Shown in pieces: positions 31,977 through 31,977 of a stretch of 31,977 bases of DNA. Under the pieces are notes generated by a model. The model saw only the letters and a program-made list of their open reading frames with translations. It was not told the origin of the DNA and made no database searches. The position numbers were made by a program, and so were the translations under genes. Numbering within the stretch: the stretch's first letter is position 1; each line of letters begins with the position of its first letter. This stretch comes from a virus (taxonomy: Duplodnaviria; Caudoviricetes): the IMG/VR virus record IMGVR_UViG_3300025635_000102, positions 1 to 31,977 of that record; one strand, given 5' to 3'.

Positions 31977-31977
31977 C

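Larger units (their letters stand above)
1..31977. mobile_element. Tailed dsDNA bacteriophage (or prophage) late-gene region
   Basis: terL, portal, scaffold, capsid, tail spikes and a lysis-like cluster; no cellular housekeeping genes. Confidence 0.95.

Noticed and set aside
1-31977. Stop-codon reassignment
   Set aside because: Genes are long and densely packed under code 11, and TAA, TAG (7797, 9160, 28103) and TGA all end genes at sensible junctions.

Overview
The window is a 32-kb segment of a tailed dsDNA phage or prophage (Caudoviricetes, probably podovirus-like), covering late and morphogenesis genes. Left to right: (1) the 3' part of a giant (>2,000 aa) probable internal-virion/ejection protein with a protamine-like Arg tail; (2) a small minus-strand pair including a signal-peptide protein; (3) a DUF6171-like Cys protein, a possible TerS and a putative lysis cluster (holin-like TM protein, two lipoproteins, DUF1353); (4) an XRE-HTH regulator; (5) a minus-strand terminase large subunit transcribed divergently from portal, scaffold, major capsid and decoration genes; (6) a probable head-tail adaptor fused to a complete purple-acid-phosphatase-type domain; (7) two paralogous beta-helix tail spikes and an Ig-vWA-Ig protein; (8) a convergent minus-strand cassette of fibre/decoration genes, an FN3 secreted protein and a DUF6527-like protein. 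The most notable signals are the virion phosphatase fusion, a repeated quasi-palindromic TAACGATAAAG promoter/operator motif at late-gene starts, a likely -1 frameshift site with a G-quadruplex/hairpin downstream, and near-complete synonymous recoding of the duplicated tail-spike N-termini. No rRNA, tRNA, CRISPR array, integrase, transposase or reverse transcriptase was seen. All family assignments come from motif recognition by eye; no database search was run.
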